A stretch of DNA of 64,000 nt from NCBI GenBank assembly GCA_965216315.1, contig CBDCFN010000016.1, forward strand, positions 544,001 to 608,000, written 5' to 3'. This stretch comes from a bacterium (GTDB taxonomy: Bacteria > UBA10199 > 2-02-FULL-50-16 > JAJFLM01). The position numbers and the translations under genes were made by a program. Below the pieces are notes generated by a model, which made no database searches, was not told the origin of the DNA, and was given only the letters and a program-made list of their open reading frames with translations. Within the stretch, counting starts at the first letter, position 1; every line of letters starts with the position of its first letter. This document shows, piece by piece, positions 1 through 10,400 of this stretch.

Positions 1-1136
1 GTCCTGATATTCAGGTCGAAGACGAGGAGGTCGAACGGGACTTCTTACGTTATGAAACAGGGAAAGGGCTACGTGTTGGCGATAAGGTGACTTTCTTTGG
101 GTACGGGGAACTCCACTATAACAATGTGATCGGGTCATCGGGTGACAAATTTGATTTCCACCGTTTCGTGATTGGTTTGGGTATCGATTTTACGGATTGG
201 TTGGTCTTTCGCAGTGAGATAGACTTTGAACACGCTGCAACCGAGCTCGAATTGGAAATTGCGTACTTAGACTTTTTGATCCACGAACTCTTTAATGTGA
301 GAACGGGTATTATCCTTACTCCGGTTGGTTTTCTTAACGAACATCACGAGCCGACCCTGTTCTACAGTGTAGAGCGGCCACAATTTAATACCGTGATTAT
401 TCCAACAACCTGGTTTGGCGCGGGAGTCGGTTTTCATGGCAAGACAGACTTTGGATTGCACTATCAGGCGTATTTAATGGAATCTTTGGACGCCATCAAT
501 GAAAGCAATCAAACGGGTGGTTTCCGCGGATCTAAGGGGTTGCGCAGTGCCCGCCGTAAAACGGCTGAAGCGCCTGGACGTGACGTGGCAGGTGTTGTGC
601 GACTTGAATATAAAGGGATGAATTGGTTTCAAGTCGGCACGTCTTTTTGGTTAGGGAATACCAGCCAAGGGAATGCTGCGGTTGATGGGGGTTTAACGAG
701 CGTTATCGAGAGTGATCTCCGCTTTCAATTTGAAGGCCTCGAACTCACTTTTGTAGGCGCCTGGATTCATATCCAAAATGCCGACCAGATTAATGCGGCT
801 ATTCAGGCCGTAGATCCGGCTACGCCGTTTACCGATCTCGTCGGTACGGACATACTCGGCGGGTATGCGGAGATTGCCTATCATCTTTTTCACCATTTAT
901 GGCCGAGTACCACCCATGATCTCGTGGTCTTTGCGCGGCATGAACGGTTTGATACGCAATTTAGGATGCCGACAGGCGCGACAGCCGATTCTGCGAATAA
1001 ACGTCATACCACAACTTTTGGGTTAGCTTATTTCCCGATTGACCAAGTGGCGATTAAAGTTGATTACAATGTTAATCGTAACTCGGCAGGGACGGCAAAT
1101 GATCAGTTTAATGCAGGCTTTGCATTCCATTATTGA
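1..1136 (+). CDS. Outer-membrane porin/beta-barrel (OprO/P-like), 5'-partial
   Basis: Frame 3 is open from the window edge. Amphipathic beta-strands (FRSEIDFEH, EIAYLDF, NEHHEPT..YSVERP) and an aromatic C-terminus (GFAFHY). Confidence 0.75.
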   Translation, partial: PDIQVEDEEVERDFLRYETGKGLRVGDKVTFFGYGELHYNNVIGSSGDKFDFHRFVIGLGIDFTDWLVFRSEIDFEHAATELELEIAYLDFLIHELFNVRTGIILTPVGFLNEHHEPTLFYSVERPQFNTVIIPTTWFGAGVGFHGKTDFGLHYQAYLMESLDAINESNQTGGFRGSKGLRSARRKTAEAPGRDVAGVVRLEYKGMNWFQVGTSFWLGNTSQGNAAVDGGLTSVIESDLRFQFEGLELTFVGAWIHIQNADQINAAIQAVDPATPFTDLVGTDILGGYAEIAYHLFHHLWPSTTHDLVVFARHERFDTQFRMPTGATADSANKRHTTTFGLAYFPIDQVAIKVDYNVNRNSAGTANDQFNAGFAFHY

Positions 1137-1143
1137 TCGGCCC

Positions 1144-1254
1144 TTGATAAAGGCCCATCTGCTTCGTTGGCCAGCGCGCTTACTCCTCGACGTACGATCA
1201 AGTACGCCTGCGTCGTATCGCGTTGGCCAGCCTTGCAGCTGGACGCTTTCTCAA
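1144..1254. repeat. ~110-nt imperfect palindrome (REP/MITE-like), copy 1
   Basis: Nested stems ttgataaag/ctttctcaa, ccatctgc/gcagctgg, tggccagcgcg/cgcgttggcca, cgtac/gtacg; related copy at 47722-47831. Confidence 0.7.
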
Positions 1255-1266
1255 AAGCCTCTTTTC

Positions 1267-1791
1267 GTGTGCATCCTCTTATTCAGCCTACTTTATTCAC
1301 CGGTGGCGTTTGGGGTTGTTTACATGAAACCTAAGGATGTCTTGACGCAATTCTTTAATAACTCTGAAAAAGTCGTTTCAGAAAAAAAGCAGGTCGGTGC
1401 AATCCAGAGAGCCGAGCTGTCCCAACGGTTAGGTTATAAATTTAAGGAAAAAGAGCTGATTTTCTATGTCGGAAAAACTGGGGCCAAGATTGACGGATAC
1501 GCTCTCCTAGATCATCAAATCGGCAAGACGCAACCGATTACCTTTATGACGTTGATTGGCCCTAAAGGCCGGGTCGAGCAGATCGAGGTTCTCGTCTATC
1601 GGGAGTCCCATGGTTCCGAAGTGCGCCATCAACGTTTTTTGAAGCAATTCTATACGAAGGTCTCCTCGGATCCGTTACGGCGTGGTCGGGATATCGTCAA
1701 TATTTCAGGGGCGACAATGTCCGTAGATGCCATGACCGTAGGGGTCAAACGTGCGCTCATCCTGTGGAATTATTATTTTGGCAATGAATAG
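1267..1791 (+). CDS. Exported FMN-binding domain protein (RnfG/NqrC-like); start uncertain
   Basis: Hydrophobic signal segment, YRESHGSEV, flavinylation motif ISGAT. The track start at 1039 overlaps the porin; GTG 1267 or TTG 1144 is more plausible. Confidence 0.8.
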   Translation: MCILLFSLLYSPVAFGVVYMKPKDVLTQFFNNSEKVVSEKKQVGAIQRAELSQRLGYKFKEKELIFYVGKTGAKIDGYALLDHQIGKTQPITFMTLIGPKGRVEQIEVLVYRESHGSEVRHQRFLKQFYTKVSSDPLRRGRDIVNISGATMSVDAMTVGVKRALILWNYYFGNE

Positions 1792-1815
1792 GTCCTGTGC
1801 TAGAAAGACAGGCCT

Positions 1816-2460
1816 ATGAGTGAGGCCTTTGAAGCGGTCAAATATTTCTTCGAAGTCGGCGGCTGGGCCATGTATGGGATTTTGCTCTGTTCCGTGGTCG
1901 CCTTGGGCGTATTTTTAGAGCGGATGTGGACCCTTCGTGCCAGCCGTATTGTTCCGCGATCCTTCTTTATCGATGTGGAGTCAGCACTCGAGCAAGGCAA
2001 GCTCGACGAGGCGGAGAAACTCTGCCGCAAAAATGATTCTCCACTGGCGCAGGTTTTTTATCAGGGCCTTTCGCAGGTCCGTTCGGGTGTACAAGCCGTC
2101 AAACAGATGATCGAAGAAGAATCGGAGCGTCAGACTTTCGTCTTAGAACGTGGTATTGGGGTTCTCAATATGATTATTACTTTAGCACCCCTCTTAGGTT
2201 TTTTAGGGACGGTCCTGGGCATGGTGGAGCTTTTCTCGAGCATTGCTCAAGAAGGTGAAATCCAGAACATTGGTGTGATTGCCGGAGGTGTCTATAAGGC
2301 TCTCTATACCACCGTGGCCGGGCTCATCGTTGCCATTCCAACGACGGTTTTTCATAAGATCAGTATGTCGAGTGTGGATCAGCGGCTTGTGGCCTTGGAA
2401 GAATTTTCGCTTAAGTTTCTCGCCATTCTCGGTAAATCAAGTAAAGGGACTGCCGGTTAA
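1816..2460 (+). CDS. exbB: MotA/TolQ/ExbB proton channel protein
   Basis: GGWAM, APLLGFLGTVLGM, ALYTTVAGLIVAIP motifs. Confidence 0.9.
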   Translation: MSEAFEAVKYFFEVGGWAMYGILLCSVVALGVFLERMWTLRASRIVPRSFFIDVESALEQGKLDEAEKLCRKNDSPLAQVFYQGLSQVRSGVQAVKQMIEEESERQTFVLERGIGVLNMIITLAPLLGFLGTVLGMVELFSSIAQEGEIQNIGVIAGGVYKALYTTVAGLIVAIPTTVFHKISMSSVDQRLVALEEFSLKFLAILGKSSKGTAG

Positions 2461-2462
2461 TT

Positions 2463-2876
2463 ATGCGGCTCCCTTATCGCGTTCGCAGGCGACAGGAACG
2501 ACGGGCTTTAGGCCTTAACCTGACACCGTTGGTGGATGTCATGTTTCATCTCATGATATTCATACTCGTGACGGCCCAGTATTCCAATGTCTATTCGATG
2601 AAAGTCGATCTTCCCAAAGCTGAGTCGGCGCAGCGGGTCGGTGAAAAGAAGGTTGTTGTCGTCAGTTTAACGGATGATGCCGCGATTTTTTTTGAAAAGA
2701 CCAAGGTCAATATTACGGAATTAGAGTCTCAGCTCAAAGAGCTCGCGGAACGTGAATCACCCCCTCAAATTATTCTTCGGGCGGATCAAGATTCGACGAC
2801 GGGGACACTCGTTGAGGTGATGGACGTTGTGCAAAAAGTGGGCTTGAAACGGGTGTCTTTGCAGACGGAAAAATAG
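2463..2876 (+). CDS. exbD: ExbD/TolR biopolymer transport protein
   Basis: NLTPLVDVMF..LIF, VDLPKA, ILRAD, VMD motifs; directly after exbB. Confidence 0.9.
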   Translation: MRLPYRVRRRQERRALGLNLTPLVDVMFHLMIFILVTAQYSNVYSMKVDLPKAESAQRVGEKKVVVVSLTDDAAIFFEKTKVNITELESQLKELAERESPPQIILRADQDSTTGTLVEVMDVVQKVGLKRVSLQTEK

Positions 2877-2881
2877 ATGGC

Positions 2882-3148
2882 CTAGGAACGGCGCAGATGT
2901 TGGGTCCAACGGCTGGGACCGGCGGTACCAAAAAACTGTCCAGCAGCTGTGTCTTCTAAGCGGCCACGTCTGGGTCGATCACCCGTCGGGATGGCTTCAG
3001 AAAATTCACTCTGGCCGGCGTTAGCTACACGAGCATCAACCGTCGCGTCAGGAGCTTCATCGAGACTGATAGTTTCCCGAGGCTGAGACGGTTGTACCGG
3101 CTGAACCGGCAGCTTTTCTCCGACTGGTCTGTTGTTGTCCGTGCCCAT
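2882..3148 (-). CDS. Small hypothetical protein (disordered)
   Basis: 88-aa ORF filling the gap, AAGG RBS-like sequence, preceded by the CAAC-N18-CGATA motif. Confidence 0.5.
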   Translation of the reverse strand: MGTDNNRPVGEKLPVQPVQPSQPRETISLDEAPDATVDARVANAGQSEFSEAIPTGDRPRRGRLEDTAAGQFFGTAGPSRWTQHLRRS

Positions 3149-3170
3149 AAATATACCTTTACCAGTATAT

Positions 3171-3198
3171 TATCGTATTTTTGGGGGGTTCGCGTTGC
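3171..3198 (-). promoter_or_regulatory. ECF-sigma-like promoter motif GCAAC-N18-CGATA
   Basis: One of 8 similar motifs; just upstream of ORF 3148. Confidence 0.5.
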
Positions 3199-3215
3199 GA
3201 ATCTTGACGAAATTT

Positions 3216-3488
3216 CTAAGCTCTTGAATTTATTCGAGAAATTGCTCTTCCGGAGCGGATTTGGGCAAGTAAATCAGCGGCAGTCCGCCCGGTGGGTTCG
3301 GAATGGGAGAATTCGACCCGGTATTCGGCGGTGACGGTACGAGAGTCCGCGGCGACGTCTTCGCTGCGGACAAATGAGCTCCGTTGAGCGTCGCTCTGGG
3401 TCCGAGGCGAGGGCGGAGGGCCGGAGAGGCTCTCGGGTTGACCCGGAGTGCTGTTTTGCTGGGGAGTGGCGAGAGGGATCAGTTTCAT
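3216..3488 (-). CDS. Small hypothetical protein (Pro/Ser-rich)
   Basis: ORF track 3216..3506; ATG 3488 lies 9 nt after the CGATA of the promoter motif, so possibly leaderless. Confidence 0.45.
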   Translation of the reverse strand: MKLIPLATPQQNSTPGQPESLSGPPPSPRTQSDAQRSSFVRSEDVAADSRTVTAEYRVEFSHSEPTGRTAADLLAQIRSGRAISRINSRA

Positions 3489-3497
3489 CTTTATAAG

Positions 3498-3525
3498 TAT
3501 CGGCATTTAGATACGATCGGGTTGT
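3498..3525 (-). promoter_or_regulatory. ECF-sigma-like promoter motif ACAAC-N18-CGATA
   Basis: Recurrent motif upstream of ORF 3488. Confidence 0.5.
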
Positions 3526-3533
3526 TTAAAGAA

Positions 3534-3623
3534 AATCCCTCCTAACCTCCCTTTCCTAAAGGGAGGGACCTCAAGTGGAGACCGTTACCTCCCCCTTTAA
3601 GAAAGGGGGACTGAGGGGGATTT
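3534..3623. repeat. Inverted pair of REP-like hairpins (BIME-like) after metH
   Basis: AATCCCTCCTAACCTCCCTTTCCTAAAGGGAGG and its inverted counterpart CCCCCTTTAAGAAAGGGGGACTGAGGGGGATTT, each with a CCCTTT/AAAGGG stem. Confidence 0.65.
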
Positions 3624-6600
3624 AAACGCTAAAATAAGTACATTGCGGATGATGAAAGACGATGGCCGACACGGAGGCCTCTGGATCCATCATGAAGCCT
3701 TCCGTCAACTCGACACCGATTTCCTCAGGAGTCAGTAGCTCAAAGAGGATCTTTTGATCCGCTAATTCGGGACAGGCCGGATAGCCGAAAGAGTAGCGTT
3801 TGCCCTGGTACTTCGCCTGAAAACGTTGCTGCATCGTCATGTCCTTCGGATCGGCAAAACCCCACGCGCCGCGTATCTTGGCATGGAGCCATTCCGCGTA
3901 TCCTTCCGCGGATTCCAGGGCGAGAGCTTGGAGCGCGTGTGATTTGAGATAGTCTCCGGAAGCCTTCCAGCTTTCGGCCTGTTCCCGGATACCGAAGGCG
4001 GCGGTCGTGACAAAAAGGCAGATATTGTCGCTTATTTTTTCTTGTCGTGGTGCCGTGTAATCACTGAGGCAGAGTCCGTTTTCTTTGGCCTGGCGCGGAA
4101 ATTGAAATGACGCTACTTGTAGGCCCTCTTGGTCAAACAAGTTGAGCTCATTCCCCTCACTCGCAGCGCGGAAAAATTGATAAATAGCTTTTGGCTTAAA
4201 AAGGGCCTTCGCACAATCACGCTTGAGTTCTTCGACGATCTCAATAATCTCCAGGGCCTTTCGGCTTTCGTCAGTGTCTTTGAGTGCTGTCGTGCCTTCC
4301 TGTTGCCAGCGGTCGATGAGAGAACCCTTAATGCCTAAGTGGCGTCCATAAAGCATGCGCGGATTGATATAAGCCCAGATCTCTGCGATGGGCGTCCATT
4401 CCAGTAAGTGGCGCTTATAATCAGGAGGTGCAGGAATTTCGCTGCATAATTCAATCTGTGAGGAGCGCGTCGTGCTAATTTTTGTTTCGGTCTTTTTAAT
4501 CGGCGTAAAATCGATCTGAGCGACCGCCTGTGCCTCTTTAAGTTCTGATTTGAGAATATCAAAGGCCCGTTTGTCGCGGATACGCTTGGCGAGGTCGAGA
4601 CCATTCATGGCATCTTGTGCATAGACCGCGACACTTCCATAGGCCTTGGCAATCCGCGTATCGGTAAACTTGCGCGATAAAGCGGCCCCTCCGACCATCA
4701 GTGGTAATTCGATGCCGGCATTCTTGAGGTCTTCAGCAGTCACTTCCATTTGTTGAGCGGATTTAACGAGTAGGCCCGAGAGGCCGATGATATCCGGCTT
4801 GTGTTCCTTGACGGCCTTGATGATCTGCTCCGGAGGGATCTTGATGCCGAGGTTGATGACCTTAAAAGAATTATTGCTCAAAATAATATCAACTAAATTC
4901 TTGCCGATATCATGCACATCACCCTTTACCGTCGCGAGGAGGATAGTGCCTTGGGCGGCGGAATCGGCTTTTTCCATATGGGGTTCTAAATGAGCGACCG
5001 CGGCTTTCATGGCCTCCGCACTCTGCAGAACTTCGGCGACAATCATTTCATTCTTGTTGAAGAGTTGACCGACCTTATCCATGCCGGCCATGAGAGGCCC
5101 GTTAATAATCTCGAGCGGTTTCATTGTTTGCAGGGCTTCATCCAGATCTGCATAGAGCCCGTCCTTACTGCCCTCGAGTATGTAATTGCCGAGGCGTTTA
5201 TCCAGTGGCAGTTTGGCTATTTCCTCTTTGGGGACGATTTTTTTTGAACGAAAATAATTTGCGAAGGTGGCGATAGGATCATCTCCCCGGTTGTGCATGA
5301 GGTCATCGCACAATTGAATTTCCTCGGCAGGGATTGCCGCATAACGTTGCAGTAGTTCCGTATTGACGATAGCGAGGTCGAGACCCGCCTCAACACAGCG
5401 GTGCAGAAATACCGAATTAAGCACTTCGCGACCGGCTGTGGGAAGCCCGAAAGACACGTTGGAGATCCCAAGTACGGTTTTGCATTCGGGAAAATTTTCT
5501 TTGATTGAACGAACTCCTTCAATCGTTTCAATAGCTGATCCCTTGTATTGTTCGTCGCCGGTCCCGCAAGGGAAGACAAGAGGATCAAAATAAATATCGG
5601 CGGGCTTTACACCGTACTTATTGACTAAGAGGTTATAAGACCGTTCGGCAATCTCAAGCTTGCGCGCTCGTGTGACACCCATTCCTTGCTCGGGATCTTC
5701 ATCAATGGTTCCCACTACGAGGGCCGCACCAAATTGATTGGCGATCGGGACGACTTTTTCAAAGCGTTCTTCGCCATCTTCTAGATTAATAGAATTGATA
5801 ATCGCCTTGCCTTGAGAATAAGTGAGCGCCTTCGCAATAACCGCTTCATCCGTTGAATCAATCATAAGGGGGACACGGACCTTTTGAATGACCTGATCCA
5901 GGAATCGTTCCATGTCGAGCATTTCATCGCGGTCTGGGTTAGCGAGACAGACGTCAATGATTCCGGCTCCGCCCTTAAATTGACGGCGCGCGATCTCGCT
6001 GGCCTCTTCAAATTTTTCTTCGACGATCAGGCGCTTAAACTTACGACTGCCGATGACATTGGTCCGTTCGCCGACGAGGATGGGCCGCTTTTCATCTGAA
6101 ACCTCGAGATAGTCGATACCGGATAGGAAGGAGCCCTTAACCACTGGAATGGTGCGAGGCGGACAGGAGTCGGCGACCTGTCGTAAGGTTCGAATATATT
6201 CAGGCGTCGTGCCACAACAACCTCCGATCACATTGATCCACCCTGATTTGGCAAAATGTTCCAGATGCTGGCCCAACATTTCAGCGGATTCAAGGTAGTT
6301 GCCGTCGACATCGGGCAGACCGGCGTTGGGAACACAGGCGATCGGTACTTGTGCTAATTGGGCCATCGAGCGGATATGGTCGGTCATAAACTCAGGACCG
6401 GTAGCGCAGTTGAGCCCCAAGTATAAGAGGGGTCGATGATCTAGTGAGACGACCAGGGATTCGACGGACTGGCCGGCGAGCATCGTGCCCATCGGTTCAA
6501 TGGTTCCGGAGACGGCAACGGGGATGGACTCATGCCCCTCATTGAAAAGACGGTCGATGGCCAGCAAGCCCGCCTTGATGTTGCGCGTATCCTGCGCCGT

Positions 6601-7098
6601 TTCAAGTAGGAAATAGTCACAGCCGCCTTCGTAAAGGGCCTTGGCTTGGACGTAAAAATGTTCGATCAGCTCATCAAAAGTGACGCCACCGGTGACGCTA
6701 ATGGCCTTAGTGGTGGGACCGATGGAGCCCGCGACCCAGCGCGGGCGGTCCGCTGTGCTGAACTTGTCGGCGGCCTGCCGCGCCAAACGGACGGCCTCCT
6801 TATTTATTGCTTCGGTCTTGGTCTCAAGACCATATTCCGCGAGGACCAAGGGTGTGGCGCCGAAGGTGTCTGTCTCAACGATATCCGCTCCGGCTTCGAG
6901 ATAACTTTCGTGAACGCCTTGAATGACGTCCGGTCGCGTCAGGACGAGATTTTCATTGCAGCCTTCCAGGGCCTCGCCCCCAAAATCAGCTGCCGTGAGG
7001 GCGCATGTCTGCAGGGCCGTCCCCATCGCCCCATCGAGGAGGAGGATGCGCTCGTTGATGGCCTTTTTGAGGGCCTCTGTGCGGTTGCGACGATCCAT
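3622..7098 (-). CDS. metH: Cobalamin-dependent methionine synthase
   Basis: LDGAMGT, GLNCATGP, GGCCGT (homocysteine/Zn), pterin domain GERTN, B12 motif GDVHDIGKN, reactivation domain RYSFGYPACP. Confidence 0.97.
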   Translation of the reverse strand: MDRRNRTEALKKAINERILLLDGAMGTALQTCALTAADFGGEALEGCNENLVLTRPDVIQGVHESYLEAGADIVETDTFGATPLVLAEYGLETKTEAINKEAVRLARQAADKFSTADRPRWVAGSIGPTTKAISVTGGVTFDELIEHFYVQAKALYEGGCDYFLLETAQDTRNIKAGLLAIDRLFNEGHESIPVAVSGTIEPMGTMLAGQSVESLVVSLDHRPLLYLGLNCATGPEFMTDHIRSMAQLAQVPIACVPNAGLPDVDGNYLESAEMLGQHLEHFAKSGWINVIGGCCGTTPEYIRTLRQVADSCPPRTIPVVKGSFLSGIDYLEVSDEKRPILVGERTNVIGSRKFKRLIVEEKFEEASEIARRQFKGGAGIIDVCLANPDRDEMLDMERFLDQVIQKVRVPLMIDSTDEAVIAKALTYSQGKAIINSINLEDGEERFEKVVPIANQFGAALVVGTIDEDPEQGMGVTRARKLEIAERSYNLLVNKYGVKPADIYFDPLVFPCGTGDEQYKGSAIETIEGVRSIKENFPECKTVLGISNVSFGLPTAGREVLNSVFLHRCVEAGLDLAIVNTELLQRYAAIPAEEIQLCDDLMHNRGDDPIATFANYFRSKKIVPKEEIAKLPLDKRLGNYILEGSKDGLYADLDEALQTMKPLEIINGPLMAGMDKVGQLFNKNEMIVAEVLQSAEAMKAAVAHLEPHMEKADSAAQGTILLATVKGDVHDIGKNLVDIILSNNSFKVINLGIKIPPEQIIKAVKEHKPDIIGLSGLLVKSAQQMEVTAEDLKNAGIELPLMVGGAALSRKFTDTRIAKAYGSVAVYAQDAMNGLDLAKRIRDKRAFDILKSELKEAQAVAQIDFTPIKKTETKISTTRSSQIELCSEIPAPPDYKRHLLEWTPIAEIWAYINPRMLYGRHLGIKGSLIDRWQQEGTTALKDTDESRKALEIIEIVEELKRDCAKALFKPKAIYQFFRAASEGNELNLFDQEGLQVASFQFPRQAKENGLCLSDYTAPRQEKISDNICLFVTTAAFGIREQAESWKASGDYLKSHALQALALESAEGYAEWLHAKIRGAWGFADPKDMTMQQRFQAKYQGKRYSFGYPACPELADQKILFELLTPEEIGVELTEGFMMDPEASVSAIVFHHPQCTYFSV

Positions 7099-7158
7099 TT
7101 TACTCTACAAATTCTCCGCTACGCTGCGAATTTGTTCCGCGGCTAAAGCGCAGCTTCA

Positions 7159-7229
7159 GCCTTAGCGGTTGATACGGCCCCGCATCAAAACAAAGATGCG
7201 GCGTGGCGGCAACGGTTAAATCCGGGCCC
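7159..7229 (-). ncRNA. Candidate SAM-II riboswitch (long-loop variant) in the metH leader
   Basis: Minus strand reads GGCC-CG-GAUUUAAC...UGCGG-GGCC-GUAUCAA-CCGC-UAAGG, fitting the SAM-II layout: P1 GGCC/GGCC, pseudoknot GCGG/CCGC and UUUA/UAAG. Lies upstream of a methionine gene. Confidence 0.7.
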
Positions 7230-7403
7230 CTATATTAAGGAGTCATGCTGAGCGAGGGTGTGCCCCGCAGGATGCGACTTGAGTCCAAAAAAACAGCAAA
7301 AAAAGTGAATGTGGATAACTTGTCGAAATGTATGATTTCTATAGATTATTTTGTCCACATTCTGACGCAGCGCGCTATTGAAAGGAATTGTAAACGAATC
7401 CTC

Positions 7404-7429
7404 GAAACTTTAGGCCATAACTGTCGAAA
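7404..7429 (+). promoter_or_regulatory. ECF-sigma-like promoter variant GAAAC-N16-CGAAA
   Basis: Same spacing as the other copies; 11 nt before ATG 7441. Confidence 0.35.
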
Positions 7430-7440
7430 CTTGCGGAGCT

Positions 7441-10400
7441 ATGGTGCCTATAGCCTCATTTTCGAGCTCGCTTGCGTTGGGTTTTCCGGCGGCGACCGCC
7501 ACGTTTCAAGCTCCCATGCTCTTGGCATCGGGTCGTACGAACGATCCGATGACGGCGGTGATGGCGGGTGCCGGCTCGTTTACCAACTTGACCGAGCAGG
7601 GAGACGGGCAGGATCAACTGTCGTTGGGCAGTGATGCGAGCTCCGCCTTATTGGCCCAAGGAACGGGTCTGCGCGAAGAATCTCCCGTCCTTTCACTCCT
7701 GGCCACCGGTGCGAACACCGACCCTGAAATGTCTAGTGATGTGGATGGACCGTCGCTATCGGTTCAAAATACCGCTGCCATGACGGCGGCACCGTCACGC
7801 TTTATGGGGCGGGCGAGTCAATTTCTATCGACGATGGTTTTTATTGGGGCCATGTTCTGTGGTGGCTGCGGAAATGAGTCCACTACGGATAATCGTCCCG
7901 CTGTGACACGGGCGATGCCTGAAGGGATTAATCAGGCCGAGACCCTGCGTGAATCCGCTTTTATTTTTGGTCTCACGGATATGCCTTCCGGCGAACTTAA
8001 TGATCCCGCCACCGTTGATATAGCGATCTTAACCGGCGCGCCTTATCAGGCCTTTAAGGCCGACTTGATACGCGTTGATCCGCGCCTGGCTGCACAGTGG
8101 ACGGAAGTGGAAGCACTCGTCCAGCACCTAACTACTGCAGCGAATGTTCGCGACGGGAATCCTAATGTGGTGACACGCGCTGAAATGGCAACACGTCACG
8201 ATCCCGCGACCAACTCCACGGAATTTACCAATGCGGTTCGTACGCTACGCCTCGCACATAATATTGTTGCCGAATATGGACGGCGTGTTGAAGGCCGTGG
8301 AGCGGCGAGTGTTTCAAGACCGTCTGATCAATCGAGTGATCACGATTCACCTTTAGGCACACTACTCGGAATTTTAGCGCTATTGGCCCTGGCAGGGGCG
8401 GGATTCTATATCGCCCGTCAGCGTAAGACGATGAAGGGGCAGCAGCAAACAATCAATGACGGGAAGCAACGGCTCAGAGAGGCTGAGACCTTAATCAAGG
8501 ACTTAAGTCGGAAACAGGTTTTATTAGGCCTCGATCAAGGTGAGCAGCGGTACGAAGATATTGCCGCTCGTCTGCAAGCGGCAAAAGAGAAAAACGCCAG
8601 TATCAAGAAGTTGCAGGCGGATCTCACCGAAGTCGAACGTGATAATGTTGAACGTGCAGCCGCACTGCGCGAGTCTAATCGGAAACGCTATGAAGAGATG
8701 CGGGAAGAAGCGACTCGGGCGGCGGAAGAAGAGCGCGTTTATAAATCGCTGAAGCGCTATCGGGACTCGCTGCGCGAGCGGTTAGAGAAATTGCAGGCGG
8801 ACGAAGACGAAGATCCGGCGGTCACCGTTGAAAAACTCCGTGAGAAGATAGAAGAATTTAATAGTGCCATCAAGGAACGCGACCGCCTCCAAGCTGAATT
8901 GGATGGGCTCAAAAGCGACAATGAGGGCCTCGATCAGCAGAAAGTAAATCTCCAGGCGGAGATCGACCGCTTGCAACCGATCATCTTTGAGCTGCGCCGA
9001 GAGGTCGGGACTCTAGCCGGTCAGGCACGAGACCTAAGGGCAAAGAAGGAACAACAAGAAAGCGCGCGGGATGATTTTAACGAGAGTATTATCACGTTGA
9101 AATCCGAGCTTCATGCGTTGGGGCTCACCATTAACAGCCTTGGTACCGAGAAGGCCGAGCTTGAGCGGGAGAAGACGTCGCTGATTGCAAAACGAGACGC
9201 GGTTACTGCTGCGATCGCGCAATTAAGGGGAAGCATTGCGGAGCTGGAAGCGGCCTTGCCTCAGTTGGCAGCTGAACGCGGACGCCTGGATGAACAGAAA
9301 AGTCAATTAGAGCCTCAAGTTGAGGAACAGACCCGTCTGCGCAATGCGGCTCAGGAGGCTTACGATACGACGTTGAACACCTTGAATGGCCTCAAAGACG
9401 ACGAGCGCGATTTCACCACTAGAAAGACTGAATTGGAAGACGAGATTGGCGAGAAAGAAGGGTCAATCGAGAGTCTCAAGTCAACAATCGGTACGCTGGA
9501 GGCGCGGAAAAATACCTTAAATACGGAACTGACCGAGACCAAGGAAAAACATGATAAATTAGCTGAGGAAATACCCGGTATTGAACGCGCTACTCTAGAG
9601 GCTCAGGCGGCTCTCGCGGATCTGATCACGAGCCATGAAGATAAAGTAAGGATACGTGGTGAAGAAGAGGCAAAGGCCCAGGCCAAGTCGGACGCGGTTG
9701 CCGAGCAAGACAGAATTATTGGAGAACTTCGGGCCCAGATTGAACAAGATGATCTGAAGTATAACGCCCGTTTGGCGACGGCGCAGAGCGAGCGGGCACG
9801 GCGTGGCGCACTCCGACAGGAAATTGCCCGCATTGAAGCCGAGATTCGTGCTTATGAAATCGAAATGGATGGGGTCAGTGCGATTGACGCCCAACTCCAA
9901 GAGGCGACCGAGCGGAGTCAATATCTAGAAACGGCTCAGTTTGTAGATGATGAAGAAGCCAATGCGGCGAAGATTGAAATGAGTGAGTTGGCTGATCGTC
10001 TCGGAAGGTTGCAGCGGCGCCGTGAAGAAATGGATCTTGTCGCGCAGCGTGTTAGCCTCCGTGCCGAACTGGAACCTTTCGCGGCTGCGGGCGATCACGT
10101 TTCGGGTCAGGCTGTAGAGCTGCAGTTGAAGATTGATGCCCTGACGGAACGCATTTCCGCCGGCGAAGCCGGCCTGACGGCCCAGCGCGACGAGCTGAGC
10201 GCCATGCGGGGAACGCTGCGTAGCAGCAGAGACGAATTAGAGAGTGAACTTGAACGGCTGACAGAGACCGTCCGTCAGCTCAGCGGTGAAGTTGATGGCT
10301 TGAAGCAACGGCTTCGCGAAAAAAATGAACAATTGGAAGGGCTTCAGAGCGAGGATAAGGGCTTAAATGCGGATATCCGGAGTCGTGAGACGGATATCAG

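Noticed and set aside
1039..1143. Long N-terminal extension of the FMN-binding ORF
   Set aside because: Overlaps the porin's 3' end; likely a longest-ORF artefact, as are the extensions at 23887, 33149, 47745 and 49890.
3534..3623. CRISPR repeat or IS ends
   Set aside because: Only two inverted units, with no spacers, cas genes or transposase.
7100..7300. Cobalamin or SAM-I riboswitch before metH
   Set aside because: No B12-box or SAM-I core seen; the SAM-II layout fits better.
7245..7634. 129-aa ORF upstream of the giant gene
   Set aside because: Overlaps the giant ORF's start and promoter region out of frame; no motif support.
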